64,000 nucleotides of DNA from Amazonocrinis nigriterrae CENA67 (GCF_016056305.1 NZ_JAECZC010000086.1:66945-130944), one strand, 5' to 3'; shown: positions 29,051-42,587, counted from the stretch's first letter. The notes: generated by a model from the letters alone, not told the origin. Program-made: numbers and translations.

Positions 29051-30790
29051 TTAGCTTTCCTGCTGTTCTACAGATTGCCAAAGTTTAATGGTCTTGTCCT
29101 TGCTACCACTAGCAATCAGTTGTGCAACTTGGCTGACAGCAACGGTAGTTACTGAGTCTACATGACCGGAGAGAGTAACAATCTCTTCTGCTGTGTTTAC
29201 TCTCCAAAGCTTAACTGTTTTGTCCCAGCTTGCACTAATTAGCGTCTGGCCATCAGCAGTGAAAGCCACTGCCATCACTGACCAGGAATGGCTGGAAAGT
29301 GTGCTGATTAGCTGACCAGTGTTAACGTCCCACAATTTAATGGTGTTATCATCGCTACCCGTTGCCAGAATTTTTCCATCTGGACTAAAAGCGACTGTCA
29401 AAACCGCCCGTGTATGACCTGAAAGGATGCCTAACAAGGCATAGCATGGGCGGTTTTGTATTTCTCTCAACTGCCACAGATGAATCGTTCTATCAAAACT
29501 AGCGCTGGCTAAAAGCTGTCCATCTGGACTAAAAGCTATTGAACTTACCTGCAATTTGTGTCCTGTTAAAGTGCAAATTTCAGCACCAGTATTTACATCC
29601 CAGAGTTTGATTTTTTTATCCCAACTACCACTAGCCAGAATTTCATCATTTGGACTAAAAGCAACTGACTTGACAACATGTGAATGTCCACATAAGGTAA
29701 AAATTTCTGCCAATGTATCAACATGCCATAATTTGATAGTTTTATCATCGCTAGCTGTTGCCAGAATTTCCCCATTTGGACTAAAAGCAACTGATGTGAC
29801 TGCTTGAGAATGTGCTGAGAAGCTAGCTAGCAATTTTTTAGTATTTAAATTCCATAATCTGATGATTTTGTCATCACTAACACTGGCTAATATATTACCA
29901 TCAGGGCTGATGGACAAGGCATTGACACTACCTAAACTATTAGAATGTCCTGTGAAAGTATGCAAGCATTGCCATGGATTATTTTGGATTTTTAATTTCG
30001 TATTTTTAATTTTAAATTCTATGCCCATTGCTTCCATAACTTCATCAGCTGATTGAAAGCGCTGGTTAACTGGATTCTGTATAAGTTTGTCTAAGATTTG
30101 CGCTAAGCGATCGCTTATTTTCTTGCTAACATATTCTCGCCAAACCCAGCAATTATTAGCAACATTAAATAAATCAAACGGAGGAATCTGAGTTAGTAGA
30201 TAAATGCAAGTTACACCCAAGCTATAGAGGTCACTTGCAAAAATCGCTTTTCCCTTTGCTTGTTCTGGAGCGGCATATTCTGGACTACCAATGCTGTTTT
30301 CATCTGTTAATTCTTCAAGTCCGATGACAAGTTTTGCAACACCAAAATCTACTAAAACGACATTTTTATCAGCATTCCTATAGATAATATTTACAGGTTT
30401 AATATCGCGGTGAATGATGTTGCGATCGCTAATATATTTGAGAACTGGTAATAACTCTTTTAAAAGTTGCCAAATTTGAGTTTCATTGAAAGCACCTTTA
30501 TTCTCAATTACTTGAGCTAAATTGTTGCCTTCGATAAATTCCTGCACTAAATAAAAGTACTGATTATTTTGAAAATACGCCAGCAAAGCAGGAATTTGAG
30601 GGTGCTTACCTAATTCCTTTAATTGCTTTGCCTTTTGCTCAAACAATTGAGGGGTTTCGTTTGGTAACGATAATTCTTGAACTATACAATAAACTGGGGG
30701 AGATTGCCCTTCATCTACAGCCAAGAAGGTTTTGCAGAATCCCCCTTTACTAATCAATTTGAGTAAACGATAACGTTCTTGTAACAGCAA
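29051..30790 (-). CDS. Ser/Thr protein kinase with C-terminal WD40 repeats
   Basis: 579 aa; kinase subdomains HRDIKPVNI, DFG, APE, then 7 WD40 units (GHS..V.SVAFSPDG..LASGS.D.TIKLW). Confidence 0.9.
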   Translation of the reverse strand: MLLQERYRLLKLISKGGFCKTFLAVDEGQSPPVYCIVQELSLPNETPQLFEQKAKQLKELGKHPQIPALLAYFQNNQYFYLVQEFIEGNNLAQVIENKGAFNETQIWQLLKELLPVLKYISDRNIIHRDIKPVNIIYRNADKNVVLVDFGVAKLVIGLEELTDENSIGSPEYAAPEQAKGKAIFASDLYSLGVTCIYLLTQIPPFDLFNVANNCWVWREYVSKKISDRLAQILDKLIQNPVNQRFQSADEVMEAMGIEFKIKNTKLKIQNNPWQCLHTFTGHSNSLGSVNALSISPDGNILASVSDDKIIRLWNLNTKKLLASFSAHSQAVTSVAFSPNGEILATASDDKTIKLWHVDTLAEIFTLCGHSHVVKSVAFSPNDEILASGSWDKKIKLWDVNTGAEICTLTGHKLQVSSIAFSPDGQLLASASFDRTIHLWQLREIQNRPCYALLGILSGHTRAVLTVAFSPDGKILATGSDDNTIKLWDVNTGQLISTLSSHSWSVMAVAFTADGQTLISASWDKTVKLWRVNTAEEIVTLSGHVDSVTTVAVSQVAQLIASGSKDKTIKLWQSVEQQES

Positions 30791-30947
30791 AGTTTTCCTC
30801 AGTAAAAAGCATAAGACAGTACTTTATGTCTTAGTACCTTAGTGGTAAAAAATTTTAACCACAAAAGACACAAAGGCACAAAGAGAAAAACAGATTCCAA
30901 CTTGGAAAGCCAGATGAAATCTGATGCTTCTTAATTACGAATTAGTA

Positions 30948-33074
30948 TCACTTATCCGTAGGAAATTCTACAACTAGCGGAGTATTACCGTTGGGCTGCG
31001 CTGGTGGCGTTTTTATCGGTTGTGGATATAAAGGCGTTGGTGGCGCTTCACCTGGCTTGGCTGTTTGGTTCCATAAAATCATTGACAGTAAGCCATCTAC
31101 TAGACCGTTGGTGCTGCCGTTACTGCCACCAACTAGCACATCTGGAATCAAGCGGACATTGCGATCGCCTATAATCTGCATGATTTGCATTGCTGTGTAA
31201 CCAGATGCTCCCAAAGCTTCCACACCTGCACGGTAGGTTTCAGCTTTCGCATTACCTGTAGCACGAATACCCTCTGCTTCAGCAATTGCCCGGAGTTTTG
31301 TCCCTTCTGCTTCACCACTAGCTTGCTTGATTTGCGCTTGCGCTTTCAAGTCGGCGATATGCACACTTTGCTCTGATTTCACCATTTCTTGTTGAATATC
31401 TGCCAAGGCTGTCTCCCGCACCAGTTGTTGGCGTTGGGTTTGCGCCATCTGCTGAACTTCATAAGTCTTGCGTTGTTCTTCGGCTATTTTGCGGTCTGTT
31501 TGTGTCTGCATGAGCGATGCAGGCGGCTGAATATCACCAATGAGAGTGTCGATCGCTTGCACGTCATAAGCCCGTAGTGCTGCTTTAATATACTCAGATG
31601 CTTCTGTTTGACGCTCACTGCGAGCATTCAAAAAGTCTAGTACTGTGTAATCTTGGGCAGAGTTGCGGAAATAATTGCCGATGCTTGGCTCTAGCACATT
31701 ATCAACCAAATTCTGCATCGAGCCAACGCGAGAAATGACCTTGGGAGCATCCAAAGCACCAACGTGGATAATTTGCGAAACTTCCAAATCGAAGGCAAAA
31801 CCATCTTTAGAACGTACTGTCAAAGCTTCTAATTCCGCATCATATTTATGTCGCTCAGTCCAATCAGCCCAGTTGAGAACTATATTAATAGTCGGGACTA
31901 ATTCTATTTTCATGACGCGTGTGTTCAAAGGGTGTTTTCCAGGATACAAAGGTTCAATCCACACCCCCTTATGACCAGCATTCACTAAATTACCATGAGT
32001 GAAAGCCGCACCACTGACATCTTCTTGAGCTTTCCCTACAAAGGAAATCACCACACCCACATAGCCAATGGGTATTTCTGTCATTGGCACTTGTTCAACG
32101 TTAACGAACCAGGGATTAAGGTTCCAAGAACCAGACAGCAGAATTTGCTCTTGTAAGCCCCTCCGCCCACGTCCATCTAGAAATCTCTGACCATTTTGAA
32201 AGTTATCGTGTCCTTCAATTACAGGCCCAGCGATTTCACCGCCAGTAATTGGTAGACCATCTAAAGTAGTGACGATACCAACTTTATCAGAAGCAACGCT
32301 GTACACCCGCAGTTGCTCTGGACTCATACCGTGAGCTGAGGCATTAGCTGCCACAATCACTTTAAACAGAGCAGTGTTAATTCTGTAAGTACCAGCTGTG
32401 AGAAAACCCATCTGGCGACCTTTTTCACCGCCTTGGGTAAGGAATTTTCGTGCATCTTGGAAGTTGTCACAATCAATGATTTTTCCGAGAATGCGTTCTG
32501 GTGGAATTGATGCACCATCTGCGGCGACAATCAAGGCAATTTCACCTTGGGGGACAACAACTACTGACTCTTTACGCACTGAGTATTGCCAAGGCCAGTA
32601 GCCCCAGTGCCAACCAGGAGCAAGAGTATCTGCTTGTAAGCCAGCTTCACCATTGAGGGCAATCAGCCTGCCTGCTGATAGTCCGCGCCCGGAAAGGGTA
32701 AATTTTCTCACCACAATCCCGACTTCACGTTCACCAATAACTACCAATCCCCCAAAGAACAGGGGGACAAATATCACCAAGCCACCTACTACCACAACGG
32801 GGATGAGTCCCCAAGGTGACAGTTGCATTGCTTGATATTGAATCGTATTAGTTGATAGCTTAGTTGTGCTTGGTTGTATCTGACTTAGTTGAATCGATGC
32901 GGAATTAATTTCTTTTGCAGCAGGCGTTTTTACAGTAGTTGCATTGGCAGAATTAACAGCGCCAGTCAATGCCAATGTAGCTATTAAAGATGTTGCAAAA
33001 CGAGCTAATTTATTTTGTTTACGCTTACCAACGGAAGATGAAAAAGTTCTCATAATTTGTGCCCTTCTGGGCAA
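30948..33074 (-). CDS. SPFH/band-7 (flotillin-like) membrane protein
   Basis: 708 aa; N-terminal extension with TM helix, SPFH domain, long Ala/Gln-rich coiled-coil (flotillin-type), Pro-rich C-terminus. Confidence 0.75.
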   Translation of the reverse strand: MPRRAQIMRTFSSSVGKRKQNKLARFATSLIATLALTGAVNSANATTVKTPAAKEINSASIQLSQIQPSTTKLSTNTIQYQAMQLSPWGLIPVVVVGGLVIFVPLFFGGLVVIGEREVGIVVRKFTLSGRGLSAGRLIALNGEAGLQADTLAPGWHWGYWPWQYSVRKESVVVVPQGEIALIVAADGASIPPERILGKIIDCDNFQDARKFLTQGGEKGRQMGFLTAGTYRINTALFKVIVAANASAHGMSPEQLRVYSVASDKVGIVTTLDGLPITGGEIAGPVIEGHDNFQNGQRFLDGRGRRGLQEQILLSGSWNLNPWFVNVEQVPMTEIPIGYVGVVISFVGKAQEDVSGAAFTHGNLVNAGHKGVWIEPLYPGKHPLNTRVMKIELVPTINIVLNWADWTERHKYDAELEALTVRSKDGFAFDLEVSQIIHVGALDAPKVISRVGSMQNLVDNVLEPSIGNYFRNSAQDYTVLDFLNARSERQTEASEYIKAALRAYDVQAIDTLIGDIQPPASLMQTQTDRKIAEEQRKTYEVQQMAQTQRQQLVRETALADIQQEMVKSEQSVHIADLKAQAQIKQASGEAEGTKLRAIAEAEGIRATGNAKAETYRAGVEALGASGYTAMQIMQIIGDRNVRLIPDVLVGGSNGSTNGLVDGLLSMILWNQTAKPGEAPPTPLYPQPIKTPPAQPNGNTPLVVEFPTDK

Positions 33075-33129
33075 CTAATTATCCAAATTAACACTTCACT
33101 TTGGCTATGCCAGATTTCTTAAACTTGGT

Positions 33130-33245
33130 GTAATTTTCATCAAGGGAATTGGGAATTGGGAATGGGGCATGGGGCATTGGTTATTCTCCCTCATCTTTCC
33201 ATCTCTCCATCTCCCCATCTCCCTTGCTCCCCTGCTCCCCTGCTC
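33130..33245. repeat. STRR-like heptamer arrays (GGGAATT, CATCTCC, CCCCTGCT)
   Basis: Direct reading; the same CCCCTGCTCC motif recurs at 27296-27340 and 56390-56450. Confidence 0.75.
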
Positions 33246-33313
33246 CTAAACACGCTGTGGGGTGGACAAATAGCCATTGCCCACCCCACGAAGCATCAGT
33301 GAGAAGTGAAATT

Positions 33314-33727
33314 TTAGATCAAACCGCCAGCAGCTTGAAAGCGGGCGCGGGCGCGTTTGAAAGCTTGGGTTGCCTGGATTTGTGCTTGGCGATCGCCTGC
33401 TGGCACCTGATTCAGACGTGTTTCTGCTTGATTGTAAGCAGCACGGGCTTCTTCAAGGTTGATTGTATCGCCGCGTTCAGCACCATTCACCAGAATTGTG
33501 ACTTCATCTTCTTCGACTTCGGCAAAGCCACCTAAAAGAGCGATCGCTTGCCAAGGCTGATTTTTGCTGCCACGCACTCGCATGACACCAGTATCTAAAG
33601 CTGTTAACAGCGGTGCGTGTCCGCTCAGAATACCTAGCTGACCGGTTGTGCTGGGCAAAATCACTTCGTCAGCTGGCGCATCCCAAATTGTTTTATCTGG
33701 GGAAATTACACGAACGGTTAATGTCAT
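33314..33727 (-). CDS. atpC: F0F1 ATP synthase subunit epsilon
   Basis: 137 aa; [48 protein letters not shown] canonical. Confidence 0.95.
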   Translation of the reverse strand: MTLTVRVISPDKTIWDAPADEVILPSTTGQLGILSGHAPLLTALDTGVMRVRGSKNQPWQAIALLGGFAEVEEDEVTILVNGAERGDTINLEEARAAYNQAETRLNQVPAGDRQAQIQATQAFKRARARFQAAGGLI

Positions 33728-33732
33728 TTGTT

Positions 33733-33815
33733 CTTTGTCAGTTGTGCTTTGTCAGTTGTCAGTTGTCAGTTGTCAGTTGTTCTTTACTACTGACTACTGA
33801 CTACTAACCACTAAC
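33733..33815. repeat. STRR-like heptamer arrays (TCAGTTG x4; ACTGACT) between atpC and atpD
   Basis: GTCAGTTGTCAGTTGTCAGTTGTCAGTTG...TACTGACTACTGACTACTAACCACTAACTAA. Confidence 0.8.
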
Positions 33816-33818
33816 TAA

Positions 33819-35294
<1,476 letters not shown>

Positions 35295-35868
35295 TCAGAT
35301 AGGGTCGTAGAAGACATAAGATTAAGCAATGTCATCTTTCACTCTAGCACTGGAGGGGGACACAACTCCCTTAGTAATTCCTTAAAAAGGAGCTAGATAG
35401 CTCTGGCTGCAATCCCATTCTTCACCAGTTTAGCTGCATGAGCGCCTACTTTTTCTTGATCCAGGTAAAGGGACTGCGGACTGGAGACTGAGGAAAGGTT
35501 TTCCGCTCTACCCAATACTCCTCTCAGGAAGCTACAACTCCTAAGGCTTTGTACAATCAGCCTCATCAGAGGTAATGCTTAGTAGATTATAGGACTTAAG
35601 CATTGTAAAAATAGACTATGAAAACAGTTTGCTTTTAATTGCGGACTTTTGATCACGCTGAAGAAGTCTTGCGAAAAATTTATGACAAATTCCTTATAAG
35701 TTCCTTATTTTTTACACATATTCTCAATATGTGCTTTTTTAATAGCCAAAAGTACGAGAAAATTGGGATTAACAGATGACAAAGCAATTTATCCTCATAC
35801 AACTCAAACAATTTAATTGCATATTACTATATATTTGTCAATTCATCATTAAGTTCTAATAATCTTGT

Positions 35869-36096
35869 TTGATAAACTTTTTACCCATTACGAGGATTTA
35901 TTGGATGATTATTACACCGACCATGATTGGATTAGTACTTGCAATAATTGGCGTGTTAGCCTGGATTGCGGGTAATTTCAAAATTGCCAATTTGGAAATA
36001 AATTTTGAAACAACAAAAGGAATTTTTGTATTTATCTTTGCTGTATTGCATATAGTGGTGGGTCTGCTGCTTATTGTCATTGACTTAATTTTCTAA
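35869..36096 (+). CDS. hypothetical small membrane protein
   Basis: 75-aa ORF with two hydrophobic segments in an AT-rich spacer. Confidence 0.3.
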   Translation: MINFLPITRIYWMIITPTMIGLVLAIIGVLAWIAGNFKIANLEINFETTKGIFVFIFAVLHIVVGLLLIVIDLIF

Positions 36097-36311
36097 AATT
36101 TTTGCAGCTAGTCCAGTTCTTGTCCAAAAATGTTTGTGAGTACTAGTTGTTTAGCAAGCTGTCTTTATCATCTGCATTCATTGGCGGACATGTTAACACT
36201 AGCTTTTGCTAAAGCTCACAATTATTCATGAGAGTTAAACCTTAAATAATTTTTACCAAAAGTCGCTCATTGCGCTATCTTGAAAAGTAAGCTTTCAGGA
36301 GTGCATCTTTC

Positions 36312-37007
36312 ATGAAAGGCAAGCAAGTTTTACTCACAGGTGGTACTGGTGGACTTGGTTTAGGTGTGACACCGGCAGTTCTCGCCCAAGATGCGGAAGT
36401 GACAATTTCTTATCGTAATCCCAAAGAAGTCGAACGCCTTAAGCATACTCTTTTGCCCGCAGATTTTGAGAGACTTCACTTTATTCCCGCTAATCTAGAG
36501 GAGGAAGCCTCAGTAGAAAATCTCATCAACCGCATAGGACGGGTAGATGTGTTAATTCATCTAGTAGGTGGCTTTTCAATGGGAAAAATTCACGAATACA
36601 GTTTTTTCGATTGGAAACACGAATTTGAGATTAACCTAAATACAACTTTTTTGACTTGCAAGCATAGCCTAAAAAGTATGTGGGAACATGGCTATGGGCG
36701 CATTGTTACGGTGGCTTCCAAAGCAGCTAATGAACCAGCTGGGCAATTGGGTGCATATTCTGCTGCTAAAGCTGGTGTAGTAGCTTTGACAAAAGCGATC
36801 GCAGATGAAACTAAAGGTACTGATATCACTGCTAATGTTGTCCTTCCTAGCGTGATTGATACCCCTGCAAACCGCGAAGCAATGGGTGCAGAAAATGCTG
36901 ATAGTTGGGTCAAACCGGAATCCTTAGCACAATTAATTTGCTTTTTAGCCTCTCAAGCTGCTAAAGATATTCGCGGCGCTGCAATCCCAATATATGGCAA
37001 TCTTTAG
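36312..37007 (+). CDS. SDR family oxidoreductase
   Basis: 231 aa; TGGTGGLG Rossmann motif, catalytic YSAAK. Confidence 0.85.
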   Translation: MKGKQVLLTGGTGGLGLGVTPAVLAQDAEVTISYRNPKEVERLKHTLLPADFERLHFIPANLEEEASVENLINRIGRVDVLIHLVGGFSMGKIHEYSFFDWKHEFEINLNTTFLTCKHSLKSMWEHGYGRIVTVASKAANEPAGQLGAYSAAKAGVVALTKAIADETKGTDITANVVLPSVIDTPANREAMGAENADSWVKPESLAQLICFLASQAAKDIRGAAIPIYGNL

Positions 37008-37048
37008 GTAAATTTCAGTACCTAAAATCAAGGTTATGGTTGTCAATA

Positions 37049-37090
37049 GTCAATGGTCAATAGTTTAAAACTTGACTATTGACCATTGAC
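37049..37090 (+). terminator. 16-bp-stem hairpin built from inverted heptamers (GTCAATGGTCAATAGT / ACTATTGACCATTGAC) 40 bp after the SDR gene stop
   Basis: Perfect 16-bp inverted repeat with a 10-nt loop; no U-run follows, so it may be an RNA stability element or bidirectional terminator rather than a classic intrinsic terminator. Confidence 0.3.
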
Positions 37091-37581
37091 TTCTTCAGAG
37101 TGAGGGTACAAGCTTCACCTAAAAGATGGTTAAAAAATTTACTTGTTAACCACGAAGCCACTAAGACAGAAAGGTAAAAAAAATCAAATTTGGTAAATTC
37201 TTGGAGGATTTTTTACCCACTTGAAAAGGGCTAGTATCTAAAATTTATATAAAAATATACAACTATTTAAGCATTAATGTCATAAAAATACCATAATTAA
37301 TTATTTATTTTGAAGTAACTAATTTTATAGAAGATATTGTACAAACAGATAATCTTAACGTCTGATCATATGATGACTAAGTGTAAAATTTAAACATTCT
37401 TGACGAAAGCTTTAAAAAGTACTTAGAAAATAGTAAGGACGCGAAACAGTAAATCTAGATAAATGAATTGAGGTTATATGAGACATCACCGAATTTCTCG
37501 CAATCTAATTGTCAAGTAGTTAGCTTGTTATGTATAACTAGTTGGCTTTATAACAATGCAATCCAATTGAGTGCGAAATAA

Positions 37582-39267
37582 ATGGGACAAGGTTTTTTAC
37601 AAATTGGCTTGACGCTGTGTATCGTGATAGCAATCACTCCTGTTTTGGGAAGATACATAGCGCGTGTGTTCCTGGGAGAGAGAACTTTGCTTGATCCTTT
37701 GATGAACCCTATAGAGCGGAGTTTGTTCGTACTAGCAGGTATCCGCAGGAAAGATAATATGAATGGTTGGCAGTATGCTTTAGCAATACTGTACACCAAC
37801 TTCTTGATGGGTATTTTAGTATATTCTCTGATATATTTTCAAAAATTCTTACCGTGGAATCCTAACAGCTTCGCTGCACCTACCTGGGATATATTGTTGC
37901 ATACTGTTGTTTCATTTGTGACTAATACAGACCAGCAACACTACAGTGGTGAAACAACCTTAAGTTATTTTAGTCAAGTAGCGGCTTTAGGCTTTTTGAT
38001 GTTCACCTCAGCAGCTACAGGCTTAGCGGTAGGTATTGCTTTTATTCGTGGATTAACGGGCAAAAAACTAGGCAACTATTACGTTGATCTCACCCTTGCT
38101 ATTACCAGGATATTACTGCCTATATCGGTGATTGGCGCGATCGCTTTAGTAGCAACAGGTGTACCGCAAACATTGCGCGAGACACTGGTAGTAGAAACAT
38201 TGGAGGGTTCAACACAATATATACCTAGAGGCCCAGTGGCATCATTTGAAATGATCAAAATGTTGGGTGAAAACGGCGGTGGTTTTTTTGGCGTGAACTC
38301 TGCCCATCCTTTTGAAAATCCCAATGCCATCTCTAATTTAATAGAAATCATTGCCATGATTTCTATTCCAGCATCCTTAATTTATACCTACGGCGTATTT
38401 ACAAAAAACATCAAACAAGCCTGGCTATTGTTCTGGATGGTGTTTATAGTCTTTGTAATTCTAGTTTGGGTAGCAGCAGGTGGAGAACAACAAGGAAATC
38501 CCCTGGTCAACAATACCTTAAGATTAGAACTGCCCAATTTAGAGGGCAAAGAAGTCCGATTTGGCTGGGTGCAAACAGCACTGTGGGCAGTTACGACCAC
38601 CGCTACCATGTGCGGTGCTGTCAATGGGATGCACGATTCCTTAATGCCACAAGGATTATTTGCCACTTTATTCAACTTATTTCTCCAGATTATTTGGGGA
38701 GGTCAGGGAACTGGCACAGCTTACCTATTTATTTATTTAATTCTCACCGTCTTTGTAACTGGGTTGATGGTGGGACGCACCCCAGAATTTTTAGGACGCA
38801 AAATTGAAAAGCGAGAAATCGTCCTCGCCAGTGTAGTGTTGCTAATTCACCCAATCGTAGTTTTAATTCCCAGTGCCATTGCCTTGGCTTATCCTTTTTC
38901 CTTATCTGGAATTACTAACCCCGACTATCACGGGATTTCCCAAGTAGTTTATGAGTATGCCTCAGCCAGTGCAAACAATGGTTCCGGCTTAGAGGGATTA
39001 AGAGATAACACCTTATGGTGGAACTTAACAACCTGTATCAGTATGTTGGCAGGACGCTACATTCCCATTGTTGCCATCCTACTATTAGCAGATAGCATGT
39101 CTGGTAAAACCACAGTACCAGAAACCCCTGGCACTCTGAAAACTGATTCTTTGCTATTTACCACTGTTACAGCCGGAGTAGTTTTGATTTTGGGCGTATT
39201 GACCTTCTTTCCCGTTTTGGCATTAGGCCCAATCGCCGAAGGTTTGAAACTAACCTCTGGTAGCTAA
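37582..39267 (+). CDS. kdpA: potassium-transporting ATPase subunit A
   Basis: 561 aa polytopic membrane protein colinear with KdpA; first gene of kdp cluster. Confidence 0.95.
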   Translation: MGQGFLQIGLTLCIVIAITPVLGRYIARVFLGERTLLDPLMNPIERSLFVLAGIRRKDNMNGWQYALAILYTNFLMGILVYSLIYFQKFLPWNPNSFAAPTWDILLHTVVSFVTNTDQQHYSGETTLSYFSQVAALGFLMFTSAATGLAVGIAFIRGLTGKKLGNYYVDLTLAITRILLPISVIGAIALVATGVPQTLRETLVVETLEGSTQYIPRGPVASFEMIKMLGENGGGFFGVNSAHPFENPNAISNLIEIIAMISIPASLIYTYGVFTKNIKQAWLLFWMVFIVFVILVWVAAGGEQQGNPLVNNTLRLELPNLEGKEVRFGWVQTALWAVTTTATMCGAVNGMHDSLMPQGLFATLFNLFLQIIWGGQGTGTAYLFIYLILTVFVTGLMVGRTPEFLGRKIEKREIVLASVVLLIHPIVVLIPSAIALAYPFSLSGITNPDYHGISQVVYEYASASANNGSGLEGLRDNTLWWNLTTCISMLAGRYIPIVAILLLADSMSGKTTVPETPGTLKTDSLLFTTVTAGVVLILGVLTFFPVLALGPIAEGLKLTSGS

Positions 39268-39488
39268 GAAAAGTTAGGAGTTAGGAATTAGAAGTTAGGA
39301 GTTATAAGTTAGGAGTTATGAGTTAGGAGTTTTAAGTTAAAAATAATTCCTAATTCTTAATTTTTAACTTCTCACTCCTAATTCTTAACTCTTAACTGCT
39401 AACTCCTGTGCGGGTGCAAAGATTTGCGCCCCCACTAACTCCTAATTCCTAACTCCTAACTCCTAACTCCTAACTCCTAACTATATAT
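39268..39488. repeat. about 220-bp STRR palindrome (AGGAGTT arrays / AACTCCT arrays) between kdpA and kdpB
   Basis: Left arm (AGGAGTT/AGGAATT/AAGTTAGG)n, centre GTGCGGGTGCAAAGATTTGCGCCCCCAC, right arm (AACTCCT/AATTCCT)n; the whole gap is one large inverted repeat. Confidence 0.85.
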
Positions 39489-41603
39489 ATGAATCCTGTT
39501 GCACCTACCCCCAAATCAAAACCATCCCGTTCTCGTTCTAATCGTCCTAGCGATCGCCGCCAAGCACGTAAAAAGGCTAGGGTAAATACTAGGGGACTCT
39601 ATCTCAGAGCCATTAGAGATGCTTTTATTAAGCTTAATCCCCTGAATGCAATCAAAAATCCGGTGATGTTTTTGGTTTGGGTGGGAACACTCATTACTTT
39701 ATCAGTAACGATTAAACCTGATTTATTTGGCCCAACTACTCAAAAGAACCCGCAACTATTCAACGGCTTGTTAACAGGGATTTTGTTTTTTACCGTTTGG
39801 TTTGCCAATTTTGCGGAAGCTGTGGCTGAAGGACGGGGAAAAGCACAAGCTGCTGCCTTGCGGTCAACCAAGTCAGAAACAACAGCCAAAAAACTCGCCC
39901 CCGATGGCACAATTACAGAAGTTTCTTCTAGTAGCCTCAGACAAGGTGATAATATCTACGTGGTAGCAGGGGATATCATTCCCGCTGATGGAGAAGTCAT
40001 CATGGGTGTGGCTTCAGTAGATGAATCAGCAATTACTGGGGAATCTGCACCAGTCCTCAAAGAATCAGGTTCAGATATTGCCAGTTCTATTACTGGTGGT
40101 ACGCGCATCATTTCAGATGAACTAATTATCCGTATTACTGCTGACCCAGGTAAAGGTTTTATTGACCGGATGATTGCCTTGGTAGAAGGGGCAGAACGCA
40201 CCAAAACACCCAATGAAATTGCTTTAACGGTGTTACTTACAGTTTTGAGCTTGGTATTTCTATTTGTTGTCGCCACCTTACCAGCATTCGCCTACTATGT
40301 CAAAAGTCCAGTCAGCGTACCAATTTTAATTGCTTTGTTGGTAGCGTTGATTCCCACAACTATTGCCGGGTTACTCAGTGCCATTGGCATTGCTGGTATG
40401 GATCGAGTTGCCCAATTTAATGTAATTGCGACTTCAGGAAGAGCAGTAGAAGCCTGTGGTGATGTTAACACCTTAGTGCTTGATAAAACAGGCACAATTA
40501 CCCTCGGCAACCGTTTAGCAGAAGAATTTATCCCTATCAACGGTCATTCAATGGAAGAAGTGGCTACCATTGCTTTGGCTGCTAGTGTATTCGATGAGAC
40601 ACCGGAAGGAAAATCCATTGTGCGGCTGGCACAAAGGTTAGGCGCAAGATTTGACATTGACCCCAACCAAGCGCAAGGAGTGGAATTTTCTGCCAAAACG
40701 CGCATGAGTGGTACAAACTTGCCTGGTGGGCGGGAAGTTCGCAAAGGTGCAGTGCAAGCAATTAAAGGATTTGTACGTTCCCGCAACGGTAACGATACCC
40801 CAGAACTGGATGCCGCCTATGAGAGAGTTTCTCACCAAGGAGGCACACCTTTAGCCGTTTGCTTGGATAACGAAATTTATGGTGTGATCTATCTCAAAGA
40901 TATTGTGAAATCTGGTATCCGCGATCGCTTTGACCAATTAGGAAGAATGGGAATACGCACCATCATGCTAACCGGGGACAACCGCATCACTGCATCTGTC
41001 ATTGCCAACGAAGCCGGAGTTGATGACTTCATCGCCGAAGCCACACCAGAAGACAAAATTAACGTCATTCAACGAGAACAAGCAGCAGGTAAACTGGTAG
41101 CCATGACAGGAGACGGTACTAACGATGCACCCGCACTAGCACAGGCGAATGTTGGCTTAGCCATGAATACAGGTACTCAAGCAGCCAAAGAAGCAGCCAA
41201 TATGGTGGATTTAGATTCTGACCCGACAAAACTGATCGATATTGTCAGTATTGGTAAACAATTGTTGATTACCCGCGGGGCATTGACGACATTTTCTATT
41301 GCTAATGATATCGCTAAATATTTTGCAATTATTCCAGTTATCTTCGCCGCTGCTCATTTGCAAAGCTTGAATATTATGAATTTGACTAGCCCTAACTCTG
41401 CTATACTCTCAGCCCTGATTTATAATGCTTTGATTATTCCGGCTTTAATTCCCTTAGCTTTGAAGGGTGTGAAATTTAGACCATTGACAGCTAATCAGCT
41501 GTTACAACGCAACATCTTAATTTATGGCTTTGGTGGAGTGGTCGCACCATTTATTGCCATTAAGTTGATAGATTTGTTAATTACCGCAGTGGGGTTGGCT
41601 TAA
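39489..41603 (+). CDS. kdpB: potassium-transporting P-type ATPase subunit B
   Basis: 704 aa; P-type ATPase phosphorylation motif [21 protein letters not shown] hinge. Confidence 0.97.
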   Translation: MNPVAPTPKSKPSRSRSNRPSDRRQARKKARVNTRGLYLRAIRDAFIKLNPLNAIKNPVMFLVWVGTLITLSVTIKPDLFGPTTQKNPQLFNGLLTGILFFTVWFANFAEAVAEGRGKAQAAALRSTKSETTAKKLAPDGTITEVSSSSLRQGDNIYVVAGDIIPADGEVIMGVASVDESAITGESAPVLKESGSDIASSITGGTRIISDELIIRITADPGKGFIDRMIALVEGAERTKTPNEIALTVLLTVLSLVFLFVVATLPAFAYYVKSPVSVPILIALLVALIPTTIAGLLSAIGIAGMDRVAQFNVIATSGRAVEACGDVNTLVLDKTGTITLGNRLAEEFIPINGHSMEEVATIALAASVFDETPEGKSIVRLAQRLGARFDIDPNQAQGVEFSAKTRMSGTNLPGGREVRKGAVQAIKGFVRSRNGNDTPELDAAYERVSHQGGTPLAVCLDNEIYGVIYLKDIVKSGIRDRFDQLGRMGIRTIMLTGDNRITASVIANEAGVDDFIAEATPEDKINVIQREQAAGKLVAMTGDGTNDAPALAQANVGLAMNTGTQAAKEAANMVDLDSDPTKLIDIVSIGKQLLITRGALTTFSIANDIAKYFAIIPVIFAAAHLQSLNIMNLTSPNSAILSALIYNALIIPALIPLALKGVKFRPLTANQLLQRNILIYGFGGVVAPFIAIKLIDLLITAVGLA

Positions 41604-41805
41604 ACAATTAAAAATTCAAAATTCACTGCCAAGTTGGCACACAAATACGTAAAAAAATCAAGAAAATTATGAAACGAGTAGATTTATCAGTTAAATAGCA
41701 GTTCCTTAAAAATACTTTGTGTCTTTGTGTCTTTGTGTTAAATTTTTTTAATTACAAAGGCACTAAGGCACAAAGATTAAAAATTAACTTTATAGAGTAA
41801 GTAGA

Positions 41806-42426
41806 ATGTTGTTTCTATCTTTTATTAAAGAAACTTTCAGAGTAATTCGCATTACTTTGGTGCTGTGGTTGATCACGGCACTTATTTATCCTCTGGCGAT
41901 TCTTGTAGTGGGTCAAGGTTTATTTCCATTAAAAGCTGATGGCAGTGTTATACAGGCATCGGAAGGTATAGAACGAAAACCAATTGGTTCAGCTTTGATT
42001 GGTCAAGTGTTCAGTTCTGAGCGATATTTTCAAGGTCGTCCTAGTGTGGTGAGATATAGCCAAGGCAGAAAAGCCAAGCCAACTGGTATATCTGGTGCTA
42101 GTAATCTTGCACCTAGCAATCCAGAGTTACTAAACCGCATTATTGAACAAGCAAATGAATTCGGAGAAGAAAGTATTGAACCCACTGCTGATTTAATTTA
42201 TACTTCTGGTTCTGGCTTAGATCCACATATTTCTTTGAAAGCAGCAAGGCAGCAAATAGGACGTGTTGCTCGCGCTCGTGGTATTAAAGAAGATGATATT
42301 TTACCTTTACTGAATAGATTTACTGATGGCAGATTTTTAGGAATTTTTGGTGAACCAGGAGTCAATATTCTGCGATTGAATTATGCTCTTGATCTGGCAG
42401 ACACCCTCCGTAAACCAAATCAGTAA
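41806..42426 (+). CDS. kdpC: potassium-transporting ATPase subunit C
   Basis: 206 aa; single N-terminal TM, ...SGSGLDPHIS... conserved KdpC motif. Confidence 0.9.
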   Translation: MLFLSFIKETFRVIRITLVLWLITALIYPLAILVVGQGLFPLKADGSVIQASEGIERKPIGSALIGQVFSSERYFQGRPSVVRYSQGRKAKPTGISGASNLAPSNPELLNRIIEQANEFGEESIEPTADLIYTSGSGLDPHISLKAARQQIGRVARARGIKEDDILPLLNRFTDGRFLGIFGEPGVNILRLNYALDLADTLRKPNQ

Positions 42427-42440
42427 AATTGGTAATTGGT

Positions 42441-42563
42441 GAGCCAGCGCGGTCATGGGGGAAACCCCCATGAGCAACTGGCGATCTTCGCAGCGTTAGC
42501 GACGTTCGCGTAGCGTCTCCCCTTGGGAGAAGGAGCGTCACCCGAAGGAGAATTGGGCATAGC
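42441..42563. repeat. MITE-like dispersed repeat (CATGGGGGAAACCCCCATGAG / GCAGCGTTAGCGACG variant)
   Basis: Related copies at 60395-60490, 5018-5138 and 49100-49225 share CAACTGGCG, GCGTTAGCGAC/CGCTAACGC and GGGTTTCCCG blocks. Confidence 0.6.
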
Positions 42564-42587
42564 AAACAATAATTGACAGTCATCAAG

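Noticed and set aside
41604-41805. Possible kdpF/kdpG small ORF between kdpB and kdpC
   Set aside because: The only ATG-initiated frame is 9 codons (MKRVDLSVK). The spacer is made of CTTTGTG/CAAAGGCA heptamer repeats. There is no convincing small membrane peptide.
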